DNA of 64,000 nucleotides from Eledone cirrhosa (GCA_964016885.1 OZ024747.1:61752001-61816000), one strand, 5' to 3'. Positions 47,501 to 62,500 are shown, counted from the first letter of the stretch. A program made the numbers and translations. The notes: generated from the letters alone by a model not told the origin.

Positions 47501-50500
47501 GGACTCAGCCTCGTTCTGGACTCAGCCTCGTTCTGGACTCAGCCTCGTTCTGGACTCAGCCTCGTTCTGGACAGAGCCTCGTTCTGGACACAGCCTCGTT
47601 CTGAACTCAGCCTCGTTCTGGACACTGCCTCGTTCTGGACTCAGCCTCGTTCTGGACGCAGCCTCGTTCTGGACTCAGCCTCGTTCTGGACGCAGCCTCG
47701 TTCTGGACTCAGCCTCGTTCTGGACTCAGCCTCGTTCTGGACTCAGCCTCGTTCTGGACACAGCCTCGTTCTGGACACAGCCTCGTTCTGAACTCAGCCT
47801 CGTTCTGGACACAGCCTCGTTCTGGACTCAGCCTCGTTCTGGACTCAGCCTCGTTCTGGACTCAGCCTCGTTCTGGTCTCAGCCTCGTTCTGGACTCAGC
47901 CTCGTTCTCGACACAGCCTCGTTCTGGACTCAGCCTCGTTCTGGACACAGCCTCGTTCTGAACTCAGCCTCGTTCTGGACACAGCCTCGTTCTGGACTCA
48001 GCCTCGTTCTGGAATCAGCCTCATTCTGGACGCAGCCTCGTTCTGAACTCAGCCTCGTTCTCGACACAGCCTCGTTCTGGACTCAGCCTCGTTCTGGACT
48101 CAGCCTCGTTCTGGACGCAACCTCGGTCTGGACTCAGCCTCGTTCTAGACGCAGCCTCGTTCTGGACTCAGCCTCGTTCTGGACTCAGCCTCGTTCTGGA
48201 CTCAGCCTCGTTCTGGACACAGCCTCGTTCTGAACTCAGCCTCGTTCTTGACACAGCCTCGTTCTGGACTCAGCCTCGTTCTGGACTCAGCCTCGTTCAG
48301 GACTCAGCCTCGTTCTGGACTCAGCCTCGTTCTGGACACAGCCTCGTTCTGGACACAGCCTCGTTCTGAACTCAGCCTCGTTCTGGACACAGCCTCGTTC
48401 TGGACTCAGCCTCGTTCTGGACGCAGCCTCGTTCTGGACTCAGCCTCGTTCTGGACGCAGCCTCGTTCTGGACTCAGCCTCGTTCTGGACTCAGCCTCGT
48501 TCTGGACTCAGCCTCGTTCTGGACACAGCCTCGTTCTGGACACAGCCTCGATCTGAACTCAGCCTCGTTCTGGACACTGCCTCGTTCTGGACTCAGCCTC
48601 GTTCTGGACTCAGCCTCGTTCTGGACTCAGCCTCGTTCTGGACGCAGCCTCGTTCTGGACTCAGCCTCGTTCTGAACTCAGCCTCGTTCTGGACGCAGCC
48701 TCGTTCTGGACGCAGCCTCGTTTGGACTCAGCCTCGTTCTGGACACAGCCTCGTTCTGGACACAGCCTCGTTCTGAACTCAGCCTCGTTCTGGACACAGC
48801 CTCGTTCTGGACTCAGCCTCGTTCTGGACTCAGCCTCGTTCTGGACTCAGCCTCGTTCTGGACGCAGCCTCGTTCTGGACGCAGCCTCGTTCTGGACGCA
48901 GTCTCGTTCTGGTCTCAGCCTCGTTCTGGACTCAGCCTCGTTCTGGACGCAGCCTCGTTCTGGACGCAGCCTCGTTCTGGACTCAGCCTCGTTCTGGACG
49001 CAGCCTCGTTCTGGACTCAGCCTCGTTCTGGACGCAGCCTCGTTCTGGACTCAGCCTCGTTCTGGATTCAGCCTCGTTCTGGACTCAGCCTCGTTCTGGA
49101 CACAGCCTCGTTCTGGACACAGCCTCGTTCTGGACTCAGCCTCGTTCTGGACTCAGCCTCGTTCTGGACTCAGCCTCGTTCTGGACACAGCCTCGTTCTG
49201 GACACAGCCTCGTTCTGAACTCAGCCTCGTTCTGGACACAGCCTCGTTCTGAACTCAGCCTCGTTCTGGACTCAGCCTCGTTCTGGACACAGCCTCGTTC
49301 TGGACACAGCCTCGTTCTGAACTCAGCCTCGTTCTGGAGACAGCCTCGTTCTGGACTCAGCCTCGTTCTGGACGCAGCCTCGTTCTGGACTCAGCCAAGT
49401 TCTGGACTCAGCCTCGTTCTGGACTCAGCCTCGTTCTGGACTCAGCCTCGTTCTGGACGCAACCTCGTTCTGGACTCAGCCTCGTTCTGGACTCAGCCTC
49501 GTTCTGGACTCAGCCTCGTTCTGGACGCAGCCTCGTTCTGTCACAGCCTCGTTCTGGACTCAGCCTCGTTCTGGACTCAGCCTCGTTCTGGACGCAGCCT
49601 CGTTCTGGACGCAGCCTCGTTCTGGACGCAGCCTCGTTCTGGACTCAGCCTCGTTCTGGACTCAGCCTCGTTCTGGACACAGCCTCGTTCTGAACTCAGC
49701 CTCGTTCTGGTCTCAGCCTCGTTCTGGAATCAGCCTCGTTATGGACGCAGCCTCGTTCTGGAATCAGCCTCGTTCTGGACGCAGCCTCGTTCTGAACTCA
49801 GCCTCGTTCTCGACACAGCCTCGTTCTGGACTCAGCCTCGTTCTGGACTCAGCCTCGTTCTGGACGCAACCTCGGTCTGGACTCAGCCTCGTTCTGGACG
49901 CAGCCTCGTTCTGGACTCAGCCTCGTTCTGGACTCAGCCTCGTTCTGGACTCAGCCTCGTTCTGGACACAGCCTCGTTCTGAACTCAGCCTCGTTCTGGA
50001 CACAGCCTCGTTCTGGACTCAGCCTCGTTCTGGACGCAGCCTCGTTCTGGACTCAGCCTCGTTCTGGACTCAGCCTCGTTCTGGACTCAGCCTCGTTCTG
50101 GACACAGCCTCGTTCTGGACACAGCCTCGATCTGAACTCAGCCTCGTTCTGGACACAGCCTCGTTCTGGACTCAGCCTCGTTCTGGACTCAGCCTCGTTC
50201 TGGACTCAGCCTCGTTCTGGACGCAGCCTCGTTCTGGACTCAGCCTCGTTCTGAACTCAGCCTCGTTCTGGACGCAGCCTCGTTCTGGACGCAGCCTCGT
50301 TCTGGACACAGCCTCGTTCTGAACTCAGCCTCGTTCTGGACACAGCCTCGTTCTGGACTCAGCCTCGTTCTGGACTCAGCCTCGTTCTGGACGCAGCCTC
50401 GTTCTGGACGCAGCCTCGTTCTGGACTCAGCCTCGTTCTGGACTCAGCCTCGTTCTGGACGCAGCCTCGTTCTGGACGCAGCCTCGTTCTGGACTCAGCC

Positions 50501-53500
50501 TCGTTCTGGACGCAGCCTCGTTCTGGACTCAGCCTCGTTCTGGACGCAGCCTCGTTCTGGACTCAGCCTCGTTCTGGACACAGCCTCGTTCTGAACTCAG
50601 CCTCGTTCTGGACACAGCCTCGTTCTGGACTCAGCCTCGTTCTGGACTCAGCCTCGTTCTGGACTCAGCCTCGTTCTGGACTCAGCCTCGTTCTGGACAC
50701 AGCCTCGTTCTGGACACAGCCTCGTTCTGAACTCAGCCTCGTTCTGGACACAGCCTCGTTCTGGACTCAGCCTCGTTCTGGACGCAGCCTCGTTCTGGAC
50801 TCAGCCTCGTTCTGGACGCAGCCTCGTTCTGGACTCAGCCTCGTTCTGGACTCAGCCTCGTTCTGGACTCAGCCTCGTTCTGGACACAGCCTCGTTCTGG
50901 ACACAGCCTCGTTCTGAACTCAGCCTCGGTCTGGACTCAGCCTCGTTCTGGACACAGCCTCGTTCTGGACACAGCCTCGTTCTGAACTCAGCCTCGTTCT
51001 GGAGACAGCCTCGTTCTGGACTCAGCCTCGTTCTGGACGCAGCCTCGTTCTGGACTCAGCCTCGTTCTGGACGCAGCCTCGTTCTGGACTCAGCCTTGTT
51101 CTGGACTCAGCCTCGTTCTGGACTCAGCCTCGTTCTGGACGCAACCTCGTTCTGGACTCAGCCTCGTTCTGGACTCAGCCTCGTTCTGGACTCAGCCTCG
51201 TTCTGGACGCAGCCTCGTTCTGGACGCAGCCTCGTTCTGGACTCAGCCTCGTTCTGGACGCAGCCTCGTTCTGGACTCAGCCTCGTTCTGGACGCAGCCT
51301 CGTTCTGGACTCAGCCTCGTTCTGGACTAAGCCTCGTTCTGGACTCAGCCTCGTCCTGGACACAGCCTCGTTCTGGACACAGCCTCGTTCTGAACTCAGC
51401 CTCGTTCTGGACACAGCCTCGTTCTGGACTCAGCCTCGTTCTGGACTCAGCCTCGTTCTGGACTCAGCCTCGTTCTGGACTCAGCCTCGTTCTGGACACA
51501 GCCTCGTTCTGGACACAGCCTCGTTCTGAACTCAGCCTCGTTCTGGACACAGCCTCGTTCTGGACTCAGCCTCGTTCTGGACGCAGCCTCGTTCTGGACT
51601 CAGCATCGTTCTGGACGCAGCCTCGTTCTGGACTCAGCCTCGTTCTGGACTCAGCCTCGTTCTGGACTCAGCCTCGTTCTGGACACAGCCTCGTTCTGGA
51701 CACAGCCTCGATCTGAACTCAGCCTCGTTCTGGACACAGCCTCGTTCTGGACTCAGCCTCGTTCTGGACTCAGCCTCGTTCTGGACTCAGCCTCGATCTG
51801 GACGCAGCCTCGTTCTGGACTCAGCCTCGTTCTGAACTCAGCCTCGTTCTGGACGCAGCCTCGTTCTGGACGCAGCCTCGTTCTGGACACAGCCTCGTTC
51901 TGAACTCAGCCTCGTTCTGGACACAGCCTCGTTCTGGACTCAGCCTCGTTCTGGACTCAGCCTCGTTCTGGACGCAGCCTCGTTCTGGACGCAGCCTCGT
52001 TCTGGACGCAGCCTCGTTCTGGACTCAGCCTCGTTCTGGACGCGGCCTCGTTCTGGACGCAGCCTCGTTCTGGACTCAGCCTCGTTCTGGACGCAGCCTC
52101 GTTCTGGACTCAGCCTCGTTCTGGACTCAGCCTCGTTCTGGACGCAGCCTCGTTCTGGACTCAGCCTCGTTCTGGACTCAGCCTCGTTCTGGACTCAGCC
52201 TCGTTCTGGACACAGCCTCGTTCTGAACTCAGCCTCGTTCTGGACTCAGCCTCGTTCTGGACGCAACCTCGTTCTGGACTCAGCCTCGTTCTGGACTCAG
52301 CCTCGTTCTGGACGCAGCCTCGTTCTGGACTCAGCCTCGTTCTGGACGCAGCCTCGTTCTGGACTCAGCCTCGTTCTGGACGCAGCCTCGTTCTGGACTC
52401 AGCCTCGTTCTGGACTAAGCCTCGTTCTGGACTCAGCCTCGTTCTGGACACAGCCTCGTTCTGGACACAGCCTCGTTCTGAACTCAGCCTCGTTCTGGAC
52501 ACAGCCTCGTTGTGGACTCAGCATCGTTCTGGACTCAGCCTCGTTCTGGACACAGCCTCGATCTGAACTCAGCCTCGTTCTGGACACAGCCTCGTTCTGG
52601 ACTCAGCCTCGTTCTGGACTCAGCCTCGTTCTGGATTCAGCCTCGTTCTGGACGCAGCCTCGTTCTGGACTCAGCCTCGTTCTGAACTCAGCCTCGTTCT
52701 GGACGCAGCCTCGTTCTGGACGCAGCCTCGTTCTGGACACAGCCTCGTTCTGAACTCAGCCTCGTTCTGGACACAGCCTCGTTCTGGACTCAGCCTCGTT
52801 CTGGACTCAGCCTCGTTCTGGCCGCAGCCTCGTTCTGGACGCAGCCTCGTTCTGGACGCAGCCTCGTTCTGGACTCAGCCTCGTTCTGGACGCAGCCTCG
52901 TTCTGGACGCAGCCTCGTTCTGGACTCAGCCTCGTTCTGGACGCAGCCTCGTTCTGGACTCAGCCTCGTTCTGGACACAGCCTCGTTCTGGACACAGCCT
53001 CGTTCTGAACTCAGCCTCGTTCTGGACGCAGCCTCGTTCTGGACTCAGCCTCGTTCTGGACGCAGCCTCGTTCTGGACTCAGCCTCGTTCTGGACTCAGC
53101 CTCGTTCTGGACTCAGCCTCGTTCTGGACACAGCCTCGTTCTGGACACAGCCTCGTTCTGAACTCAGCCTCGTTCTGGACTCAGCCTCGTTCTGGACACA
53201 GCCTCGTTCTGGACACAGCCTCGTTCTGAACTCAGCCTCGTTCTGGAGACAGCCTCGTTCTGGACTCAGCCTCGTTCTGGACGCAGCCTCGTTCTGGTCA
53301 GCCTCGTTCTGGACGCAGCCTCGTTCTGGACTCAGCCTCGTTCTGGACTCAGCCTCGTTCTGGACTCAGCCTCGTTCTGGACTCAGCCTCGTTCTGGACT
53401 CAGCCTCGTTCTGGACGCAGCCTCGTTCTGGACGCAGCCTCGTTCTGGACTCAGCCTCGTTCTGGACGCAGCCTCGTTCTGGACTCAGCCTCGTTCTGGA

Positions 53501-56500
53501 CTCAGCCTCGTTCTGGACTCAGCCTCGTTCTGGACACAGCCTCGTTCTGGACACAGCCTCGTTCTGAACTCAGCCTCGTTCTGGACACAGCCTCGTTCTG
53601 GACTCAGCCTCGTTCTGGACTCAGCCTCGTTCTGGACTCAGCCTCGTTCTGGACTCAGCCTCGTTCTGGACACAGCCTCGTTCTGGACTCAGCCTCGTTC
53701 TGAACTCAGCCTCGTTCTGGACGCAGCCTCGTTGTGAACGCAGCCTCGTTTGGACTCAGCCTCGTTCTGGACACAGCCTCGTTCTGGACTCAGCCTCGTC
53801 TGGACTCAGCCTCGTTCTGGACTCAGCCTCGTTCTGGATATAGCCTCGGTCTGGACACAGCCTCGTTCTGGACTCAGCCTCGTTCTGGACTCAGCCTCGT
53901 TCTGGACACAGCCTCGTTCTGGACGCAGCCTCGTTCTGAACTCAGCCTCGTTCTGGGCGCAGCCTCGTTCTGGACGCAGCCTCGTTTGGACTCAGCCTCG
54001 TTCTGGACACAGCCTCGTTCTGGACTCAGCCTCGTTCTGGACTCAGCCTCGTTGTGAACTCAGCCTCGTTCTGGACTCAGCCTCGTTCTGGAATCAGCCT
54101 CGTTCTGGACTCAGCCTCGTTCTGGACTCAGCCTCGTTCTGGACACAGCCTCGTTCTGGACTCAGCCTCGTTCTGGACTCAGCCTCGTTCTGGACGCAGC
54201 CTCGTTCTGGACGCAGCCTCGTTCTGGACGCAGCCTCGTTCTGGACGCAGCCTCGTTCTGGACGCAGCCTCGTTCTGGACTCAGCCTCGTTCTGGACGCA
54301 GCCTCGTTCTGGACTCAGCCTCGTTCTGAACTCAGCCTCGTTCTGGACGCAGCCTCGTTCTGGACGCAGCCTCGTTTGGACTCAGCCTCGTTCTGGACAC
54401 AGCCTCGTTCTGGACACAGCCTCGTTCTGAACTCAGCCTCGTTCTGGACACAGCCTCGTTCTGGACTCAGCCTCGTTCTGGACTCAGCCTCGTTCTGGAC
54501 GCAGCCTCGTTCTGGACGCAGCCTCGTTCTGGACGCAGTCTCGTTCTGGTCTCAGCCTCGTTCTGGACTCAGCCTCGTTCTGGACGCAGCCTCGTTCTGG
54601 ACGCAGCCTCGTTCTGGACTCAGCCTCGTTCTGGACGCAGCCTCGTTCTGGACTCAGCCTCGTTCTGGACGCAGCCTCGTTCTGGACTCAGCCTCGTTCT
54701 GGATTCAGCCTCGTTCTGGACTCAGCCTCGTTCTGGACACAGCCTCGTTCTGAACTCAGCCTCGTTCTGGACACAGCCTCGTTCTGGACTCAGCCTCGTT
54801 CTGGACTCAGCCTCGTTCTGGACTCAGCCTCGTTCTGGACTCAGCCTCGTTTTGGACAGAGCCTCGTTCTGGACACAGCCTCGTTCTGAACTCAGCCTCG
54901 TTCTGGACACAGCCTCGTTCTGGACTCAGCCTCGTTCTGGACGCAGCCTCGTTCTGGACTCAGCCTCGTTCTGGACGCAGCCTCGTTCTGGACTCAGCCT
55001 CGTTCTGGACTCAGCCTCGTTCTGGACTCAGCCTCGTTCTGGACACAGCCTCGTTCTGGACACAGTCTCGTTCTGAACTCAGCCTCGTTCTGGACACAGC
55101 CTCGTTCTGGACTCAGCCTCGTTCTGGACTCAGCCTCGTTCTGGACTCAGCCTCGTTCTGGTCTCAGCCTCGTTCTGGACTCAGCCTCGTTCTCGACACA
55201 GCCTCGTTCTGGACTCAGCCTCGGTCTGGACACAGCCTCGTTCTGAACTCAGCCTCGTTCTGGACACAGCCTCGTTCTGGACTCAGCCTCGTTCTGGAAT
55301 CAGCCTCGTTCTGGACGCAGCCTCGTTCTGAACTCAGCCTCGTTCTCGACACAGCCTCGTTCTGGACTCAGCCTCGTTCTGGACTCAGCCTCGTTCTGGA
55401 CGCAACCTCGGTCTGGACTCAGCCTCGTTCTGGACGCAGCCTCGTTCTGGACTCAGCCTCGTTCTGGACTCAGCCTCGTTCTGGACTCAGCCTCGTTCTG
55501 GACACAGCCTCGTTCTGAACTCAGCCTCGTTCTTGACACAGCCTCGTTCTGGACTCAGCCTCGTTCTGGACTCAGCCTCGTTCTGGACTCAGCCTCGTTC
55601 TGGACTCAGCCTCGTTCTGGACACAGCCTCGTTCTGGACACAGCCTCGTTCTGAACTCAGCCTCGTTCTGGACACAGCCTCGTTCTGGACTCAGCCTCGT
55701 TCTGGACGCAGCCTCGTTCTGGACTCAGCCTCGTTCTGGACGCAGCCTCGTTCTGGACTCAGCCTCGTTCTGGACTCAGCCTCGTTCTGGACTCAGCCTC
55801 GTTCTGGACACAGCCTCGTTCTGGACACAGCCTCGATCTGAACTCAGCCTCGTTCTGGACACAGCCTCGTTCTGGACTCAGCCTCGTTCTGGACTCAGCC
55901 TCGTTCTGGACTCAGCCTCGTTCTGGACGCAGCCTCGTTCTGGACTCAGCCTCGTTCTGAACTCAGCCTCGTTCTGGACGCAGCCTCGTTCTGGACGCAG
56001 CCTCGTTTGGACTCAGCCTCGTTCTGGACACAGCCTCGTTCTGGACACAGCCTCGTTCTGAACTCAGCCTCGTTCTGGACACAGCCTCGTTCTGGACTCA
56101 GCCTCGGTCTGGACTCAGCCTCGTTCTGGACGCAGCCTCGTTCTGGACGCAGCCTCGTTCTGGACGCAGTCTCGTTCTGGTCTCAGCCTCGTTCTGGACT
56201 CAGCCTCGTTCTGGACGCAGCCTCGTTCTGGACGCAGCCTCGTTCTGGACTCAGCCTCGTTCTGGACGCAGCCTCGTTCTGGACTCAGCCTCGTTCTGGA
56301 CGCAGCCTCGTTCTGGACTCAGCCTCGATCTGGATTCAGCCTCGTTCTGGACTCAGCCTCGTTCTGGACACAGCCTCGTTCTGAACTCAGCCTCGTTCTG
56401 GACACAGCCTCGTTCTGGACTCAGCCTCGTTCTGGACTCAGCCTCGTTCTGGACTCAGCCTCGTTCTGGACTCAGCCTCGTTCTGGACACAGCCTCGTTC

Positions 56501-59500
56501 TGGACACAGCCTCGTTCTGAACTCAGCCTCGTTCTGGACACAGCCTCGTTTTGAACTCAGCCTCGTTCTGGACTCAGCCTCGTTCTGGACACAGCCTCGT
56601 TCTGGACACAGCCTCGTTCTGAACTCAGCCTCGTTCTGGAGACAGCCTCGTTCTGGACTCAGCCTCGTTCTGGACGCAGCCTCGTTCTGGACTCAGCCTC
56701 GTTCTGGACGCAGCCTCGTTCTGGACTCAGCCTCGTTCTGGACTCAGCCTCGTTCTGGACTCAGCCTCGTTCCGGACTCAGCCTCGTTCTGGACGCAACC
56801 TCGTTCTGGACTCCGCCTCGTTCTGGACTCAGCCTCGTTCTGGACTCAGCCTCGTTCTGGACGCAGCCTCGTTCTGGACGCAGCCTCGTTCTGGACTCAG
56901 CCTCGTTCTGGACTCAGCCTCGTTCTGGACTCAGCCTCGTTCTGGACACAGCCTCGTTCTGGACACAGCCTCGTTCTGAACTCAGCCTCGTTCTGTCACA
57001 GCCTCGTTCTGGACTCAGCCTCGTTCTGGACTCAGCCTCGTTCTGGACTCAGCCTCGTTCTGGACGCAGCCTCGTTCTGGACGCAGCCTCGTTCTGGACG
57101 CAGCCTCGTTCTGGACTCAGCCTCGTTCTGGACTCAGCCTCGTTCTGGACACAGCCTCGTTCTGAACTCAGCCTCGTTCTGGTCTCAGCCTCGTTCTGGA
57201 ATCAGCCTCGTTATGGACGCAGCCTCGTTCTGGAATCAGCCTCGTTCTGGACGCAGCCTCGTTCTGAACTCAGCCTCGTTCTCGACACAGCCTCGTTCTG
57301 GACTCAGCCTCGTTCTGGACTCAGCCTCGTTCTGGACGCAACCTCGGTTTGGACTCAGCCTCGTTCTGGACGCAGCCTCGTTCTGGACTCAGCCTCGTTC
57401 TGGACTCAGCCTCGTTCTGGACTCAGCCTCGTTCTGGACACAGCCTCGTTCTGAACTCAGCCTCGTTCGGGACAGAGCCTCGTTCTGGACTCAGCCTCGT
57501 TCTGGACTCAGCCTCGTTCTGGACTCAGCCTCGTTCTGGACTCAGCCTCGTTCTGGACACAGCCTCGTTCTGGACACAGCCTCGTTCTGAACTCAGCCTC
57601 GTTCTGGACACAGCCTCGTTCTGGACTCAGCCTCGTTCTGGACGCAGCCTCGTTCTGGACTCAGCCTCGTTCTGGACGCAGCCTCGTTCTGGACTCAGCC
57701 TCGTTCTGGACTCAGCCTCGTTCTGGACTCAGCCTCGTTCTGGACACAGCCTCGTTCTGGACACAGCCTCGATCTGAACTCAGCCTCAGTCTGGACACAG
57801 CCTCGTTCTGGACTCAGCCTCGTTCTGGACTCAGCCTCGTTCTGGACTCAGCCTCGTTCTGGACGCAGCCTCGTTCTGAACTCAGCCTCGTTCTGGACGC
57901 AGCCTCGTTCTGGACGCAGCCTCGTTCTGGACACAGCCTCGTTCTGAACTCAGCCTCGTTCTGGACACAGCCTCGTTCTGGACTCAGCCTCGTTCTGGAC
58001 TCAGCCTCGTTCTGGACGCAGCCTCGTTCTGGACGCAGCCTCGTTCTGGACGCAGCCTCGTTCTGGACTCAGCCTCGTTCTGGACGCAGCCTCGTTCTGG
58101 ACGCAGCCTCGTTCTGGACTCAGCCTCGTTCTGGACGCAGCCTCGTTCTGGACTCAGCCTCGTTCTGGACGCAGCCTCGTTCTGGACTCAGCCTCGTTCT
58201 GGACTCAGCCTCGTTCTGGACTCAGCCTCGTTCTGGACACAGCCTCGTTCTGGACACAGCCTCGTTCTGAACTCAGCCTCGTTCTGGACACAGCCTCGTT
58301 CTGGACTCAGCCTCGTTCTGGACGCAGCCTCGTTCTGGACTCAGCCTCGTTCTGGACGCAGCCTCGTTCTGGACTCAGCCTCGTTCTGGACTCAGCCTCG
58401 TTCTGGACTCAGCCTCGTTCTGGACACAGCCTGGTTCTGGACACAGCCTCGTTCTGAACTCAGCCTCGTTCTGGACTCAGCCTCGTTCTGGACACAGCCT
58501 CGTTCTGGACACAGCCTCGTTCTCAACTCAGCCTCGTTCTGGACTCAGCCTCGTTCTGGACTCAGCCTCGTTCTGGACTCAGCCTCGTTCTGGTCTCAGC
58601 CTCGTTCTGGACTCAGCCTCGTTCTCGACACAGCCTCGTTCTGGACTCAGCCTCGTTCTTGACACAGCCTCGTTCTGAACTCAGCCTCGTTCTGGACTCA
58701 GCCTCGTTCTGGACTCAGCCTCGTTCTGGTCTCAGCCTCGTTCTGGACTCAGCCTCGTTCTCGACACAGCCTCGTTCTGGACTCAGCCTCGTTCTGGACA
58801 CAGCCTCGTTCTGAACTCAGCCTCGTTCTGGACACAGCCTCGTTCTGGACTCAGCCTCGTTCTGGAATCAGCCTCGTTCTGGACGCAGCCTCGTTCTGAA
58901 CTCAGCCTCGTTCTCGACACAGCCTCGTTCTGGACTCAGCCTCGTTCTGGACTCAGCCTCGTTCTGGACGCAGCCTCGTTCTGGACGCAGCCTCGTTCTG
59001 GACTCAGCCTCGTTCTGGACTCAGCCTCGTTCTGGACTCAGCCTCGTTCTGGTCTCAGCCTCGTTCTGGACTCAGCCTCGTTCTCGACACAGCCTCGTTC
59101 TGGACTCAGCCTCGTTCTGGACACAGCCTCGTTCTGAACTCAGCCTCGTTCTGGACACAGCCTCGTTCTGGACTCAGCCTCGTTCTGGAATCAGCCTCGT
59201 TCTGGACGCAGCCTCGTTCTGAACTCAGCCTCGTTCTCGACGCAGCCTCGTTCTGGACTCAGCCTCGTTCTGGACGCAGCCTCGTTCTGAACTCAGCCTC
59301 GTTCTGGACACAGCCTCGTTCTGGACTCAGCCTCGTTCTGGACTCAGCCTCGTTCTGGACTCAGCCTCGTTCTGGACGCAGCCTCGTTCTGGACTCAGCC
59401 TCGTTCTGAACTCAGCCTCGTTCTGGACGCAGCCTCGTTCTGGACGCAGCCTCGTTTGGACTCAGCCTCGTTCTGGACACAGCCTCGTTCTGGACACAGC

Positions 59501-62500
59501 CTCGTTCTGGACTCAGCCTCGTTCTGGACTCAGCCTCGTTCTGGACGCAGCCTCGTTCTGGACGCAGCCTCGTTCTGGACGCAGTCTCGTTCTGGTCTCA
59601 GCCTCGTTCTGGACTCAGCCTCGTTCTGGACGCAGCCTCGTTCTGGACGCAGCCTCGTTCTGGACTCAGCCTCGTTCTGGACGCAGCCTCGTTCTGGACT
59701 CAGCCTCGTTCTGGACGCAGCCTCGTTCTGGACTCAGCCTCGTTCTGGATTCAGCCTCGTTCTGGACTCAGCCTCGTTCTGGACACAGCCTCGTTCTGGA
59801 CGCAGCCTCGTTCTGGACGCAGTCTCGTTCTGGTCTCAGCCTCGTTCTGGACTCAGCCTCGTTCTGGACGCAGCCTCGTTCTAGACGCAGCCTCGTTCTG
59901 GACTCAGCCTCGTTCTGGACGCAGCCTCGTTCTGGACTCAGCCTCGTTCTGGACGCAGCCTCGTTCTGGACTCAGCCTCGTTCTGGATTCAGCCTCGTTC
60001 TGGACTCAGCCTCGTTCTGGACACAGCCTCGTTCTGAACTCAGCCTCGTTCTGGACACAGCCTCGTTCTGGACTCAGCCTCGTTCTGGACTCAGCCTCGT
60101 TCTGGACTCAGCCTCGTTCTGGACTCAGCCTCGTTTTGGACAGAGCCTCGTTCTGGACACAGCCTCGTTCTGAACTCAGCCTCGTTCTGGACACAGCCTC
60201 GTTCTGGACTCAGCCTCGTTCTGGACGCAGCCTCGTTCTGGACTCAGCCTCGTTCTGGACGCAGCCTCGTTCTGGACTCAGCCTCGTTCTGGACTCAGCC
60301 TCGTTCTGGACTCAGCCTCGTTCTGGACACAGCCTCGTTCTGGACACAGCCTCGTTCTGAACTCAGCCTCGTTCTGGACACAGCCTCGTTCTGGACTCAG
60401 CCTCGTTCTGGACTCAGCCTCGTTCTGGACTCAGCCTCGTTCTGGTCTCAGCCTCGTTCTGGACTCAGCCTCGTTCTCGACACAGCCTCGTTCTGGACTC
60501 AGCCTCGTTCTGGACACAGCCTCGTTCTGAACTCAGCCTCGTTCTGGACACAGCCTCGTTCTGGACTCAGCCTCGTTCTGGAATCAGCCTCGTTCTGGAC
60601 GCAGCCTCGTTCTGAACTCAGCCTCGTTCTCGACACAGCCTCGTTCTGGACTCAGCCTCGTTCTGGACTCAGCCTCGTTCTGGACGCAACCTCGGTCTGG
60701 ACTCAGCCTCGTTCTGGACGCAGCCTCGTTCTGGACTCAGCCTCGTTCTGGACTCAGCCTCGTTCTGGACTCAGCCTCGTTCTGGACACAGCCTCGTTCT
60801 GAACTCAGCCTCGTTCTTGACACAGCCTCGTTCTGGACTCAGCCTCGTTCTGGACTCAGCCTCGTTCTGGACTCAGCCTCGTTCTGGACTCAGCCTCGTT
60901 CTGGACACAGCCTCGTTCTGGACACAGCCTCGTTCTGAACTCAGCCTCGTTCTGGACACAGCCTCGTTCTGGACTCAGCCTCGTTCTGGACGCAGCCTCG
61001 TTCTGGACTCAGCCTCGTTCTGGACGCAGCCTCGTTCTGGACTCAGCCTCGTTCTGGACTCAGCCTCGTTCTGGACTCAGCCTCGTTCTGGACACAGCCT
61101 CGTTCTGGACACAGCCTCGATCTGAACTCAGCCTCGTTCTGGACACAGCCTCGTTCTGGACTCAGCCTCGTTCTGGACTCAGCCTCGTTCTGGACTCAGC
61201 CTCGTTCTGGACGCAGCCTCGTTCTGGACTCAGCCTCGTTCTGAACTCAGCCTCGTTCTGGACGCAGCCTCGTTCTGGACGCAGCCTCGTTTGGACTCAG
61301 CCTCGTTCTGGACACAGCCTCGTTCTGGACACAGCCTCGTTCTGAACTCAGCCTCGTTCTGGACACAGCCTCGTTCTGGACTCAGCCTCGTTCTGGACTC
61401 AGCCTCGTTCTGGACGCAGCCTCGTTCTGGACGCAGCCTCGTTCTGGACGCAGTCTCGTTCTGGTCTCAGCCTCGTTCTGGACTCAGCCTCGTTCTGGAC
61501 GCAGCCTCGTTCTGGACGCAGCCTCGTTCTGGACTCAGCCTCGTTCTGGACGCAGCCTCGTTCTGGACTCAGCCTCGTTCTGGACGCAGCCTCGTTCTGG
61601 ACTCAGCCTCGATCTGGATTCAGCCTCGTTCTGGACTCAGCCTCGTTCTGGACACAGCCTCGTTCTGAACTCAGCCTCGTTCTGGACACAGCCTCGTTCT
61701 GGACTCAGCCTCGTTCTGGACTCAGCCTCGTTCTGGACTCAGCCTCGTTCTGGACTCAGCCTCGTTCTGGACACAGCCTCGTTCTGGACACAGCCTCGTT
61801 CTGAACTCAGCCTCGTTCTGGACACAGCCTCGTTTTGAACTCAGCCTCGTTCTGGACTCAGCCTCGTTCTGGACACAGCCTCGTTCTGGACACAGCCTCG
61901 TTCTGAACTCAGCCTCGTTCTGGAGACAGCCTCGTTCTGGACTCAGCCTCGTTCTGGACGCAGCCTCGTTCTGGACTCAGCCTCGTTCTGGACGCAGCCT
62001 CGTTGTGGACTCAGCCTCGTTCTGGACTCAGCCTCGTTCTGGACTCAGCCTCGTTCCGGACTCAGCCTCGTTCTGGACGCAACCTCGTTCTGGACTCAGC
62101 CTCGTTCTGGACTCAGCTTCGTTCTGGACTCAGCCTCGTTCTGGACGCAGCCTCGTTCTGGACGCAGCCTCGTTCTGGACTCAGCCTCGTTCTGGACTCA
62201 GCCTCGTTCTGGACTCAGCCTCGTTCTGGACACAGCCTCGTTCTGGACACAGCCTCGTTCTGAACTCAGCCTCGTTCTGTCACAGCCTCGTTCTGGACTC
62301 AGCCTCGTTCTGGACTCAGCCTCGTTCTGGACTCAGCCTCGTTCTGGACGCAGCCTCGTTCTGGACGCAGCCTCGTTCTGGACGCAGCCTCGTTCTGGAC
62401 TCAGCCTCGTTCTGGACTCAGCCTCGTTCTGGACACAGCCTCGTTCTGAACTCAGCCTCGTTCTGGTCTCAGCCTCGTTCTGGAATCAGCCTCGTTATGG

